Source: Octopus sinensis
Lineage: Eukaryota
DNA: 64,000 nucleotides
Assembly: GCF_006345805.1 (NCBI RefSeq)
Contig: NC_042998.1
Location: forward strand, 21,080,001 to 21,144,000
Reading direction: 5' to 3'
Part shown: positions 38,009-50,415 of the stretch, in pieces
Layout of the letters: the number at the start of each line of letters is the position of its first letter
How positions within the stretch are numbered: position 1 is the first letter of the stretch
Made by a program: the position numbers and the translations under genes
The notes under the pieces: generated by a model
Seen by the model: the letters and a program-made list of their open reading frames with translations, nothing else
Told to the model about the DNA's origin: nothing
Database searches by the model: none

Positions 38009-38959
38009 TATCCCCGACGTCCTACGCATCCGCTGAGCCTGGATGCACATTCATCCATCCGTCGATGCTCTCGGTGTCGGGGGGTTGACCTGCTTCCTCT
38101 TCTGCGGGTCTTACGAATAGCAAAGGACCACGTTTCGGACTTCTCCCGCTCTGGGACGAAGACCGCTTCGCTCAACAAACAAACGAACAAACAAAACAAA
38201 AGCAGCAACAACAACACCAACAACAACAGCAGGCACAGCACCGGCAACACACATCCACAGAGATACATTGGATGATCCGGGAACTCTTTGAAGCAACGTC
38301 TCTGCAACCACAGGTCCTCTTTCAGAGTTCCAGAAAGAAGATACGTGATACCAATGGCCAGCCACGTCTGGAATCTAAGAGACGAAAAGTCAATGATATA
38401 TATTTACAGACTTCCAATTTGTGATGAGTAGCTGCTGTGTGAAGGGAGTTATCCAGCGAAAAGTAAAATGATAAGATCCAGCGAAATTAGCGAGGCTACT
38501 TGCTTAATACGTGGCAATATATCTATTGATGTGAAATGCATATTTTGCTGCAAATTTATATTAATGACGTCTCAAGTTTCTTCACAGACGTCAGAGAGGA
38601 ATTTAATCTTGACAAAAAAGTTTCATTCTTGTATAAACTAGTTTATGCATGGCTGACGCATAGACGATAGCTACATGTTCAGGAGTAATGATATTTTATC
38701 TAATTTTTTTTCTTCTGAAAATTGCACTCACTTAAAGCACATATGGTTTCTGTTTTATAATGGACTTATCAGACAAGTAAGAAATGAGCGCATTACATTG
38801 TACATGACCTATATTGATTAGAGAAATCGCTGCAGTTGATTCTCAGTTTTAACAGATTTTAATAGTTCTGTAACTGCGTAGTTGGTTAAGCATTTAGTAA
38901 ATTCCAGTCAAGTTTTTATTAGCACACTTAAAAACGTTTCATTTAAACAGACTTAAAGG

Positions 38960-39121
<162 letters not shown>

Positions 39122-39234
39122 ATATTTATACATATATATATATACATACATATATACACATACACACCACACCCACCACACACACACGCACACACGCACA
39201 CACACGCACACACACGCACACACACACACACACA

Positions 39235-39385
39235 CATCCTCTCTTTATTTTCTCTCCTCGTTTCTTTCTGTGTTACTTTCTGTGGAAGAGCGTAGGCTCG
39301 AAACATTAAAAACTTTTTCACTTCCCGAGCGTTATACTAATACATCTGTTTGTTGTCTACACCACCTGTCTTCATCTTCGTCTTC
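39235..39385 (+). mobile_element. Penelope-like terminal-repeat fragment
   Basis: CTGTGGAAGAGCGTAGGCTCGAAAC; homolog of 31790-32250. Confidence 0.55.
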
Positions 39386-39545
39386 GCTGTTTACAACAGT
39401 GCCTGGAAGGAAGGTTTGTAGCGTTCCAAATATTGCTTTCAGATCTTGCTTTGAAGTCGAATCAGAAATGCTAAAGTTCACTACACACATTGAAAATAAA
39501 ATCATTTGTATGTTTGTTGTGAACTCTACGGTTAGAAGAAATATT

Positions 39546-40148
39546 AAACCAAATATTGAGACCCCCTTCGGTCATGACTGATCGTGGGATTGCACCAAGA
39601 AAGTTACCCTCCCAGGCACTAGTCCGGGCAAGGTTGTTTATGGAAGACCAGCAGTCGCCCATGCATACCGGCCTCCCCTCTCCACGCCACCAGTGTTATC
39701 CAATGGAAAGGCAAAAGGGCCGATACAGCTTGGCACCTGTGACGTCGCAGCTCATTTCTACAGCTGAGCGAACTGGAGCAACGTGAAATAAAGTGTCTTG
39801 TTCAAGAACACAACACGCAGCCCGGTCTGGGATTCGAACTCACAACTTCACGATCGTAAGCTCGACACTCTAACCTATTTCACAAGGGGCTAAACACAGA
39901 GGAGACAAACAAGGACAGACAGACGGATTAAGTCGATTATATCGACCCCAGTGCGTAACTGGTCCTTAATCTATCGACCCCGAAAGGATGAAAGGCAAAG
40001 TCGACCTCGGCGGAATTTGAACTGAGAACGTAGCGGCAGACGAAATACCGCTTAACATTTCATCCGGCGTGCAAACGTTTCTGCCAACTCGCTCGCCTTA
40101 TCGACGCTCTAACCACTGAGACATGCGCCTTCACAAAAACCAAATATT
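39546..40148 (-). mobile_element. Nested SINEs: family C inserted into the head of a family-B-like SINE
   Basis: Inner TSD TCGAC(A/G)CTCTAACC at 39862-39875 and 40101-40114; outer TSD AAACCAAATATT at 39546-39557 and 40137-40148. Confidence 0.8.
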
Positions 40149-40249
40149 AACCAAAATATTTATGAATGAAAACAAGGTATTTTTTAATATGCTGGCCATT
40201 GATAAAACTTTTTTCGAAAAAATTTTTATCCTACATTAGATATATATAT

Positions 40250-40456
40250 ATATAGTTAATCCAAACATGAAAACAGAGAAAACACAACAACACGGGGACG
40301 TGGAACAAGTATAGTATTATTGGACGCTCAGGAAAGAAGGAAAGAAGGAGGGTTTAACGTTTCGAGCGGAGCTCTTCGTCAGTAATATAGGAAAAGGAAA
40401 GATCCAAAGAAGGGAAGATGGAAGAAAAAAAATCGCCAACGGTACACACGCGGTCA

Positions 40457-40460
<4 letters not shown>
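40250..40460 (-). mobile_element. Penelope-like terminal-repeat fragment with canonical CTGACGA core
   Basis: CTGACGAAGAGCTCCGCTCGAAACGTT on minus (~40356-40382). Confidence 0.6.
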
Positions 40461-40502
<42 letters not shown>

Positions 40503-40560
40503 GTGTGTGTGTGTGTGTATGTATGTATATGTACATTATTGGTATATATACATATATATA

Positions 40561-40634
<74 letters not shown>

Positions 40635-40904
40635 TACATACCGCACATACATAGGTATCTTCATTTGAGACAATATAACGACAAACGTCAGAATTCCATG
40701 TTCTACCAAGAAGCAAAAAACCAACATGGAGGCACACTGGGTCGACTTGATATCCGCATTTTATACATATGTATGCGTGTGTGTACGTATTTTGCATAGT
40801 CATCTGTTCGTGTGTACATGTTTGTGTTTGTATGTATGTGAGCATGTGTGTATGTGCATATGTATTTGTGTGTGTATCTCTGTCTCCGCGTGTGTGCGTG
40901 TTTC

Positions 40905-41400
40905 AATATGATGAATCAAATGAAAGTACGAGCCCATATGAACAGAAGACTATGCATGGATATGTTAGTAGAAAGCTCCGAGAGATGATAGTAACATCAA
41001 TCATCAAAGCAGTTTATCATGGAAGAATAGCCAGATTACTACCTTCCACTTTGGAGGGCATGCATTTGCAATCCAGGAACAGGAAATATCAACCAAGTAC
41101 CTGATGCACAAAAGGAATAGAGAAGTAGGAAAGGCCGTAAAATGTGACAACCGATGCAGACTTTGTGGAATTCACACTGAAGATATCACCCACATCATAA
41201 GCAGTTGTCCGAAAATGTCATCACGGTAATACCTACTGATGTGACATGATGTTGTAGCGAGGACACTCTATAAGGAAAAATGCAACAATCCGTCGGAAGG
41301 ATAATCCCGAAGACAAAGAAATAAGAACCCACAATATGGTGGAAGCCTTAGCCACTCATAATAAAAAGGAGTACTGGTGGAATGTACCAGTGAAGACCTC
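40905..41400 (+). mobile_element. R4/Dong-like LINE fragment, zinc-knuckle region
   Basis: EGHAFAIQEQEISTKYL...CRLCGIHTEDITHIISSCP...HDVVARTLY...[11 protein letters not shown]. Confidence 0.75.
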
Positions 41401-41412
41401 TTTTTCTTCCTT

Positions 41413-41505
<93 letters not shown>

Positions 41506-41586
41506 TGTATGTATGTATGTACATACATTATGTATATGTATATATATATATATATATAATATATATATATGTATGTATATATATTA

Positions 41587-41671
<85 letters not shown>

Positions 41672-41672
41672 C

Positions 41673-41703
<31 letters not shown>

Positions 41704-41731
41704 GTATGTATGTATTTATATATATAAAGGA

Positions 41732-42015
41732 GCACTCCGTCGGTTACGACGACGAGGGTCCCAGATGATACGATCAACGGAACGGCTTGTGTACAGACAT
41801 GTGTACACCTAACGTAGTTCTCAGGGAGATTCAGCGTGACACAGTGTGACAAGGCCGGCCCTTTGATATACAGGTACAACTCATTTTTGCCAGCTGAGTG
41901 GACTAGAGCAACATGAAATAAAGTGTCTTGCTCAAGGATACAACGCACCGCCGGGAATTGAACTCACGACCTTTCAATCGTGAGCCGAATCCCTAACCAC
42001 TAAGCCACGCGCCTT

Positions 42016-42018
<3 letters not shown>
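41732..42018 (-). mobile_element. Chimeric SINE (alternative tRNA head with family B tail)
   Basis: Head GGCGCGTGGCTTAGTGGTTAGGGATTCGG; tail identical in type to 3183-3360. Confidence 0.75.
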
Positions 42019-42067
<49 letters not shown>

Positions 42068-42068
<1 letters not shown>

Positions 42069-44925
42069 TGATTGATTGATTGATTGATTGATTCTAGTTT
42101 CAGCTTATGAGCTGTGGCCATGCTGGGGCACCGCCATTTGGTGTTGCTACTTGGTTTCACTTCATGGAGGCTTTCTAGCAGCTGCTATTTGGTGCATGAG
42201 AGAGTTTGATGCAGCTGCCCTCATCTGCCCCTCCTGCCGTGAAGTTGGTTCATCTGGGACACCTGACAGGAAGAGATCCAGCTTCATTTTAAAGACATCT
42301 GTATCCACCCCATGCAGGTCTCTCTGGTTCTTCGGGAGGATATTGAAGAGCTGTGGGCCTCGGAAGCCCAGGCTATCACAGTATCTTGTCCTACATCTTG
42401 ATGGCTGGTTTGGAGTCCTAGGCACCACGCAGTGGCGCCCAGTTCTGGCATTTGCGTAACTCTCGATGCCAAAGTTCAGGACACTTCCCTCCAGGATCTT
42501 CCAGATGTATATTATGGCATATCTTTCCCGCCTACGCTCCAGGGAATATAATTTTAATCTCTTGAGTCTTTCCCAGTAGCTTACATTCTGCATAGAGGCT
42601 ATCTTCTTTGTGTAGCTTCGTTGGATCGCCTCAAGTTCTGTGATCAACTTGACACTGGATGGTGACCATAGCTGAGAGCAATAGTCAAAGTGGCTTAGGA
42701 CAAGTGTCTTCCAGAGGACCATCATGGTTTCTTGTTCTCTTGTTCTAAAGGTTCTAAGAATCCATCCAGCCAGCCGTTTACATTTCATTGTCAGTTTAGC
42801 AACATGTACATGAAAGGTCGCGTCATCACTCATGTGAATACCCAGGTCACGCACTGATTGTGCCTCTGGGATTGCAATCCCCGGGTCCAGTGTATTCATT
42901 GGGTATTGCATTCAGTTTTGCATGCTGATAGTATAAAGCTTGAAACTTTCCAGCATTGAACTGCATGCTATTCTTTTCAGCCCACCTGTATATTTCGTCC
43001 AGCTCTTATTGCAGGTGTTTAGTGTCCTCAGGGTTCTGTATTGCCTGTGAAACTTTTGTATCATCTGCATAACTTGTGATCGTGGCTCTCTGCGTGGCTG
43101 AGGGCATGTCTGAGAGGGCCATTATGAACAGTAGTGGTCCCAGAACAGTGCCCTGCGGAACACCGCTCACTTTGTGTGTTTAATGGAGGTGGCCCCATTG
43201 GCTACTACCACCTGACTTCTATCCTTCAGAAAGTCATGAAGCCATTCTCCAGTTTTCCAACTATGCCAGATCACGCAGTTTGTGACATATCATTCCATGA
43301 TCGACTTTATCAAAGGCCTTTGCAAAGTCGAGATATATCACTTCCACATTTGAGTGGTTGAGCAGCCGTTTCAGCACCAGTCATAGTGTTGTAGGAGCTG
43401 AGTTAAACAGCTTCTCCTGGTCGGAAACCATGTTGGGGTGTCGGGCAGCAAGTCATTCTCTTCAAGGAAGGTGATCAGCTTCCTTCTGACTATTCGTTCC
43501 ATGACCTTGCTGATGTGTGAGGTCAGAGAGATAGGTCTATAGTTCTTGGCTTCCGCTCTGCTACCTCCTTTATGAATGGGGCATATTTTACCTTCCTTCA
43601 GTTTTCCTGGAAGTTTGCCAGCTGCAAGGAAGCTCTGAAAGAGGAACTGCAGTGGTCTTGCTAGGACTCTCTTACATGCTTTTAGGAGGATTGCCGGAAT
43701 CCATCGGGGCCAGTAGCTGAGTCTGTTTTCATTTCATCTATAGCCTTGGTTACATCGTCTTCCTTTATATCGATGTAATATATCGCAGCCGCCTCTAATT
43801 TATATCTGCAGTGGTAAAAAGTCAGTTGGATTGGTGATTTGGAGATGCCCAAGGGGTGGAGTGAAAACACTCTCTTGAATTGCTCATTCAGTATTTCACT
43901 TACCCTCATTGGTTTTCCTGTAAGTGTGCCATCCTTTTCGAGGAGTGGCCCTATTCTACAGTGCACTGTAGCTGTTTCTTTGGCATACCTGTAGAAAGCT
44001 CTGGGGTAGATTTTATGTTTTCTATAGCCCAGGCTTCTTTGTCTGCTCTTTCTTTTCATGGGAGAGTTGCAGACATTTTTCGATTTCCAACAGTTTTATT
44101 TTTAGGCGGGACTTTTCACTGCTTTCAATCTGTTTGTTTAGGCGATTTGAAAATTTCGTACGCCGTCTCATTAAAATTTTCCTCTCTCTGGGGATTTTGT
44201 TCTTGTGTACAGTGGCCTTTCTCTCTGGGACACATTTTGTAGCATATGGCTTGCATTACAGACATGAATTGTTGAAGTTTCACGTCGATGTCTGGCGAGG
44301 AGGAGAGACATTTGCCAGTTTTGTTTGAGGATCTCTTTCTCAATTTGTTTCCAGTTTGCCTTATGGTAGTTCAAGCTGGAAAGATTTTGAGGGTTTCTTG
44401 TAGGCTGCATGTCCGTGCTCTCTTTGGCCCGTACATGGTCAGCTCTATCATGTTGTGATCCGAGAGTAGTGTCGGTGTCACTTTCACATTATGGATGAGA
44501 TCCATGTCATTTGTGAAGCAGAGATCCAGTGTGTTACCTGCCTGGTTGGTTGGAGTATTACCTGCTCCATGTACAGGGTGTTGATGAGGTTCAGGAGGGA
44601 CCTCGCCTGTCCTCGTTCACATCTTGTCATTCCTGGGAGAGAAAGGCCCTCGGGCCATCTGACATTGGGCAGATTGAAGTCTCCCATAAGAAGCACACCT
44701 ATGTGTTGTTCTAATGTGGTTAGAATTTCTTCTATTTTTATAAGGCAGTCTTCAAACTTGCCCACATGGCTTGGGGCATCTGGAGGGCGATATGTAGCAC
44801 ACAAACTACATCAAGTTGCCTAATATGTACAATTAGTGTGTCACACACCGAGTTTGAGTATGACAAGAGGACCTGGGGTGTGAGGTCCTCACGGATGTAC
44901 ATAGCAACACCTCCATGACTCCTTT
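42068..44925 (-). mobile_element. CR1-clade LINE ORF2 relic (APE and RT) with (CAAT)n tail
   Basis: YRPPDA...LLMGDFNLP; SATGPDG; DLGIHMSDDATF...FDYCSQLWSP...LYSLERRRERY; frameshifts present. Confidence 0.9.
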
Positions 44926-45038
44926 CTTTCCTGTCGGTCCGTATATATATATATATATTATATATAGATATATATATATATATGTATATATAAGGTATAT
45001 ATATATATATATAATATATATATATATTATATATATGG

Positions 45039-45071
<33 letters not shown>

Positions 45072-45116
45072 ATATATATATAGATATGTATATATATATA
45101 TATAGTATATATATAG

Positions 45117-45147
<31 letters not shown>

Positions 45148-45163
45148 ATATATATATATATGT

Positions 45164-45220
<57 letters not shown>

Positions 45221-45375
45221 GTATATATATATATGTATATATATATATTATATATATATATATAATATATATATGTAATATATAATATATATATATATAT
45301 GTATATATATATGTATATATATATGTATATATATATATGTATATATATATGTATATATATATATATGTATATATA

Positions 45376-45559
45376 TAATTTATATATAGAGGGCATTATA
45401 CATACATGCCAGGAGGCATTCTACATACACGCCATACGCTAAGAGGGACAATCAGTCATTTATCCAAATGGAGAAATGACTGATTGTCCCTCTTAGCGTA
45501 TGGCGTGTATGTAGAATGCCTCCTGGCATGTATGTATAATGCCCTCTATATATAAATTA
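45376..45559. repeat. Perfect palindrome, 86-bp arms with a 12-nt loop
   Basis: Arms 45376-45461 and 45474-45559 read as exact reverse complements. Confidence 0.9.
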
Positions 45560-45987
45560 ATATGTTCAATAAGAAATATATTTTCGAAATTTTTTTCTCT
45601 TATGAGGTTTTTACGCTATCTACCTGACAATTTCTTGTTAAGTTTTCTTATTAAGTAGTTGTCCTTAATTGCTAAATATGTATATATATATATATGTTAT
45701 ATATATATGTATATATATTATATGTATATATATATGTATATATATATATGGATATAGATATAGTATATATATAGATATATATATATATATATAGATATAT
45801 ATATATATATATGTATATAATAAAGTCAAATGCGATACAATAAAATTAATTATTATCGCTGGTGCTCTGGGACACGCCATATATTATTCATATATAAGTA
45901 CATTAAAAGGCGAAGTGTGAACCAGAAACACAAAAGCTGGATAAATTTAATGAGATAAAAATTAAAAACTTTTACAAACTTAGTTCT

Positions 45988-46059
45988 TCTTAGACTGCAG
46001 TTTCGCCTATTTCAGCAATAAAAATAATATTTATTACTCAGGTAGGCTCTTCAGTAAGA
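45988..46059 (-). ncRNA. Minimal type I hammerhead ribozyme
   Basis: TCTTA-CTGAAGA-GCCTA...TAGGC-GAAA-CTGCAG-TC|TAAGA. 5-bp stem I, 5-bp stem II, palindromic stem III ACTGCAGT. Confidence 0.82.
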
Positions 46060-46256
46060 TTCCTGTTATTATGGGAAGCGCACATTAATAGAAGCACATG
46101 CGTCTATTAAATGCTCTTTATAAACTATTCAAATCACTGCGCAGACTCAGAACGTACCCGACAAAATAGGGGTTTTCTGGTATATCGTCTAACGCTCAAA
46201 ATTTATCGAGAAAATACGTAAACAAAGTCATATATATGTATATTTATATATATATA

Positions 46257-46310
<54 letters not shown>

Positions 46311-46339
46311 ATATATATATATAGTATATATATATATAC

Positions 46340-46371
<32 letters not shown>

Positions 46372-46444
46372 GTAATATATATCTTATAGATATATATATA
46401 TATATATGTATTTTAATATATGTATGATATAATATAATATATGT

Positions 46445-46475
<31 letters not shown>

Positions 46476-46516
46476 GTATATAGATATATTATAGTTATAT
46501 ATATATTATATATGTC

Positions 46517-46547
<31 letters not shown>

Positions 46548-46613
46548 TATATATATGTATATATATATATATATATATATGTATATAGATATATATATGT
46601 ATATATATATATA

Positions 46614-46650
<37 letters not shown>

Positions 46651-46714
46651 CATATATATATACATATTATATACATATATATATACATATATATATACAT
46701 ATATATATATATAT

Positions 46715-46757
<43 letters not shown>

Positions 46758-46832
46758 ATATTTATAAAATATATATATATATATGATGTATATATTTATG
46801 TATATATATATTTATGTATTATATATTTATGT

Positions 46833-46904
<72 letters not shown>

Positions 46905-46919
46905 GTGTAGTCCTTAAAT

Positions 46920-47100
46920 GTTAGAAATCGCATTGTCAAGTAGGTTTATTAATTCGCAAGGGAACTTGTCATTAACCTTGAATTAGATGAAGAACTTCAA
47001 ACTACTGCTACAAAGCAAGCAAAACGAATCAAGCAAACTGCAAAGAAGACCGGACAGAAACAAATAGAAAAGCGGTGGAGCCAGAAACCCATGCATGGTT
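46920..47100 (+). mobile_element. R4/Dong-like post-RT fragment
   Basis: KQAKRIKQTAKKTGQKQIEKRWSQKPMHG. Confidence 0.55.
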
Positions 47101-47109
47101 TTTTTTTTT

Positions 47110-47900
47110 AGGTAGATCTACGTTCTCCTCTTTTTCCATATCTCCGTTGTTCATTATTCTTTGCTCAGCTTCCTCGTTGGGATATACTGCTCGTACACTG
47201 GGTTCTGTGTTTCTGTTCCCTATTTCATTTACATTGTTGCATTTTTCATTTGGTCTAACTTGAGATATTTGTGTTCTAATTTGATTGATTTCAGCGTCAC
47301 TCATTTGTTCTTAATGATATCGCTACGAACATTACTTAATTTATTTGCATCAATATATCTACGTACTTCCTTGCCTACTAAATTTCTCCATGTAATGTAT
47401 GTTTTAGCATGAGGTTATTGCTTAGGTTTAGTCGGGCTTTGAAAAAAGTTTTCAAAATATCACTATAGTCCTCTCTAGTCCGTTTTGTGCATTTCGCTTT
47501 AGGTGGTGTTTTTGGTGGCGTCACTACAGGTCTAGAGACAGGATTATCCTTGTTCTGGTTATCAGGTAGAACATCTTTAATTTGTTCCAGGAGCAGAGTT
47601 TTTGACTCCAGTGTGGTACTTCATTGGATAACGCGGCCTTTGTTGTCCCGGGCGGTGACAGATTCGGTATGAGCTTTAGCTAGTCAGTAAAGCATTCACG
47701 GGGACATTAGAAGACAAGCCTGTTTGTTCGGATTTAACTTTTCGACAGAACACCATCTCGAGTTCTTCGAAAAGATATGATTTTCATATCGAAATCGCAT
47801 GAAGTTTATAAATCGAAATTCACCTTTTTTTTCTAGAAGATATGTTTCTGGGCGTAACTGTTCAGTGATGTTTTAAACTCAGTGACGGATTTGCTCCTTT
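47110..47900 (-). mobile_element. R4/Dong-like LINE N-terminal fragment
   Basis: PVVTPPKTPPKAKCTKRTREDY...DANKLSNVRSDIIKN...SDAEINQIR; homolog at 62950-63190. Confidence 0.6.
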
Positions 47901-48112
47901 TTGTGTTCGTTCGTAGAAAGTCCCTTTGTTTTTGTTTTCTTTTGTTTTGTGTCACTCGTGATACGTGCTTTTTATATGTACGTCAGTACGTGTGTGTCGT
48001 GCAGGCATCATTTATGTTGTTTGTAACTTTTAAAATGTGTATATGTATGCATAAACAGTTGCAAGTATACGTAATTAATCAATTTACGTACTTACTATGT
48101 GTTTTTTTTTTG

Positions 48113-48400
48113 TTCCTTCTCGAGCCATGCCTGGCTCATAAGGACCGGTTTCCTTGGCGTATAGGTTCCCCACCTGGACGGGACGCCGGTCCGTCGCAGG
48201 TAAGCTGCAAGATGCAGGAGGAAAGAGTGACAGAAAGTTGTGGCGAAAGAGTCAGCAGAAGTTCGCCATCATATTCTGCCGGAGCCGCGTAGAGCTTAGG
48301 TGTTTCGCTCATAAACTCACACATCGCCCGGTCTGGGATTTGAACCAGCGATCCCTCGACCGCGAGTCCGCTGCTCTAACCACTAGGCCATGTGCTTCCA
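48113..48400 (-). mobile_element. SINE with family B head and an alternative tail
   Basis: Same structure as 62252-62550. Confidence 0.78.
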
Positions 48401-48622
48401 CTCTTACTATGTGTTTGGTGTGTTTTGTCGGGGTTTCTGATGCTGGTTCCGATATTCTGCACGTATCACATTGTGATATCGTGCATAAAAGAAACAACAC
48501 TTTATATAACAAAAATCTTTCCAATTATTGTTGTCTTCATCATCATTATCATGTCCTCCATCATCATAATCATCGCCATTCCTTGATGATTATGTTATTT
48601 CTTTGTTTCCTTCCCTTTTCAG

Positions 48623-48729
48623 ATACAAAACCAGCAACCACATGTTGAAGATAGGATGACTTCAACAACTCGTCATCTTTTTTCTGCTTTCTTCCAACAG
48701 GCATGGCTGCTATTGCTTATGCAGATAAA
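48623..48729 (+). pseudogene. Frameshifted exon-2 homolog of dispanin paralog B
   Basis: ttttcag|ATACAAAACCAGCAACCACATGTTGAAGATAGGATG...TGCTTTCTTCCAACAGGCATGGCTGCTATTGCTTATGCAGATAAA|GTAAGT. 107 nt versus 108 nt in paralog C, so net -1. Could be an assembly error. Confidence 0.8.
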
Positions 48730-50015
48730 GTAAGTAAAATATGGACATTTCTTGCAAGAAATTCTATTCATATGCATGCATTTTATCCTGTGTGACTGTG
48801 CGTTATGAAACTTGTTCCCCAAACTCATAATTCTGGGTTCAGTTTCACTGCAGCTGGGGTAAGTGTCTTCCACAATAGCTTTGTGGTAATCAAAGCCTTG
48901 TAAGTGGATTAAACAGATGGAAACTGAAAGAAGCGGAAGGAGTTGGGGTACAATAAATTTCAGTAATATTTTTGTAGAGTGGAAGTGGTGGTAAGGGGAA
49001 GGATTAAACGAATGGAAACTGAAGGAAGCCCACCCAATATATTTACACACACATATATATGAGTGAGCGTGTTTGAGTTAGAGACCCCTTTGGTCAATGT
49101 CTCTGTTTGTCAACCACTACCGTTGACACAACTGGTGTTAGTGGGTTCGCGTCCCCGTTACTCATCAGTTCAACAAAAACAGGCTGATAGAATAAGTACC
49201 AGCTTTGAAGAATTAGATAAGTACTAGAGCTGAGTCGTTCGACTAAAATTCTTGAAGGTGATGTCCCAGCAAAACCGCAGTTTAATGACTGAAACAAATA
49301 AAAGTTAAAAGAGAAAACAAAAATATTCATAATTTAGTAAAAAGCATAATGTAAAATGCCATAGTTTTGTACAAAGCATAATGTAAAATGCCAGTATTTT
49401 ACTTGATTAAAAGCCATGCTTTCATAAGTTTCCTACTTTATTGATATTATACTAGTGGGACTCGGGGAAATTCCCCAATGTAAGTCAGTTTATTTGAAAA
49501 TATTAAGTTGTTTTCATGCTCTATTACGATGACATTATCCCATACTCCCCATCATTTTTTTTAAAAGAGTGTGTTGTGATTTGGAGAATTTAGTTGGTGT
49601 TTCTAACAAGTTTTCTTTCTGCTTTCTTCCAACAGTTTAATCCACTCAAAAGGCTTTGATTACTACGAGGCTATTGTGGAAGACACTCCACAAGGCTATT
49701 GTGGAAGACACTCTGCTAGTGGCTGTGTCATAGATTCGATGAAGCCCCCTCATGGACGCGATAAACATGTTATTGATAGATACTGTAGAGGAAACGCAAA
49801 ACATAAGGCCTTAAACAAGATCACATGAATATCATGATTGTACAAACTGTGAGCATGAACACTGGCAGGTAACTTCCTTAGAATCACCCAGACAAATATC
49901 TTTCCACGATTTAAAAAAAAATACGGTGAAATTTCACCATATAACTGATATCAGTTGTAAATATATGACAATGCTTTGCTGTTGTTAGGTTTTATTAACA
50001 TACTTTATCTTCTAG

Positions 50016-50285
50016 GCAAAAATAATGGCCCGAAATGGAAATGCAGAAGGTGCAAAAGAAGCCAACCCTAACGCAGCACGATTTATTAGTATATCAATTT
50101 GTGTTTGTATTTTTTGGGGGATCATTATTTTTATCATTTTTTTTTCAAGTACAAGAAATTTTACTATTACAAGGGGATATCTGTTTCTTTATTACCCACG
50201 AGGGGCTAAACATAGAGGGGACAAACAAGGACAGACAAACGGATTAAGTCGATTATATCGACGCCAGTGCGTAACTGGTACTTAA
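50016..50285 (+). CDS. Exon-3 homolog of dispanin paralog B; the frame runs into a SINE
   Basis: ttctag|GCA AAA ATA ATG gives AKIMARNGNAEGAKEANPNAARFISISICVCIFWGIIIFIIFF, aligning with gene A exon 3. Sequence after ~50177 is SINE-derived. Confidence 0.8.
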   Translation, partial: AKIMARNGNAEGAKEANPNAARFISISICVCIFWGIIIFIIFFSSTRNFTITRGYLFLYYPRGAKHRGDKQGQTNGLSRLYRRQCVTGT

Positions 50286-50415
50286 TTTATCGACCCAGAA
50301 AGGATGAAAGGCAAAGTCGACCTCGGCGGAATTTGAACTCAGAACGTAACGGCAGACGAAATACCGCAAGGCATTTTGCCCGGCATGCTAACGGTTCTGC
50401 CAGCTCGCCGCCTTA
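50177..50415 (-). mobile_element. SINE family C within the last exon of paralog B
   Basis: Full body and head; antisense to paralog B. Confidence 0.82.

Larger units (their letters stand above)
44940..46905. repeat. Extended compound (TA)n/(TATG)n arrays with embedded palindrome and ribozyme islands
   Basis: Tracts at 44940-45375, 45675-45820 and 46230-46905. Confidence 0.92.

Noticed and set aside
38089-38421. Gln-rich open frame as the missing exon 1 of paralog B
   Set aside because: No upstream ATG, no PPxY or Tyr/Pro similarity to gene A exon 1, no in-frame donor seen; the Q run is a CAA microsatellite.
38560-38665. CRE-like TGACGT motifs as a divergent promoter between gene A and paralog B
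   Set aside because: Short motifs are expected by chance and there is no transcription-start evidence.
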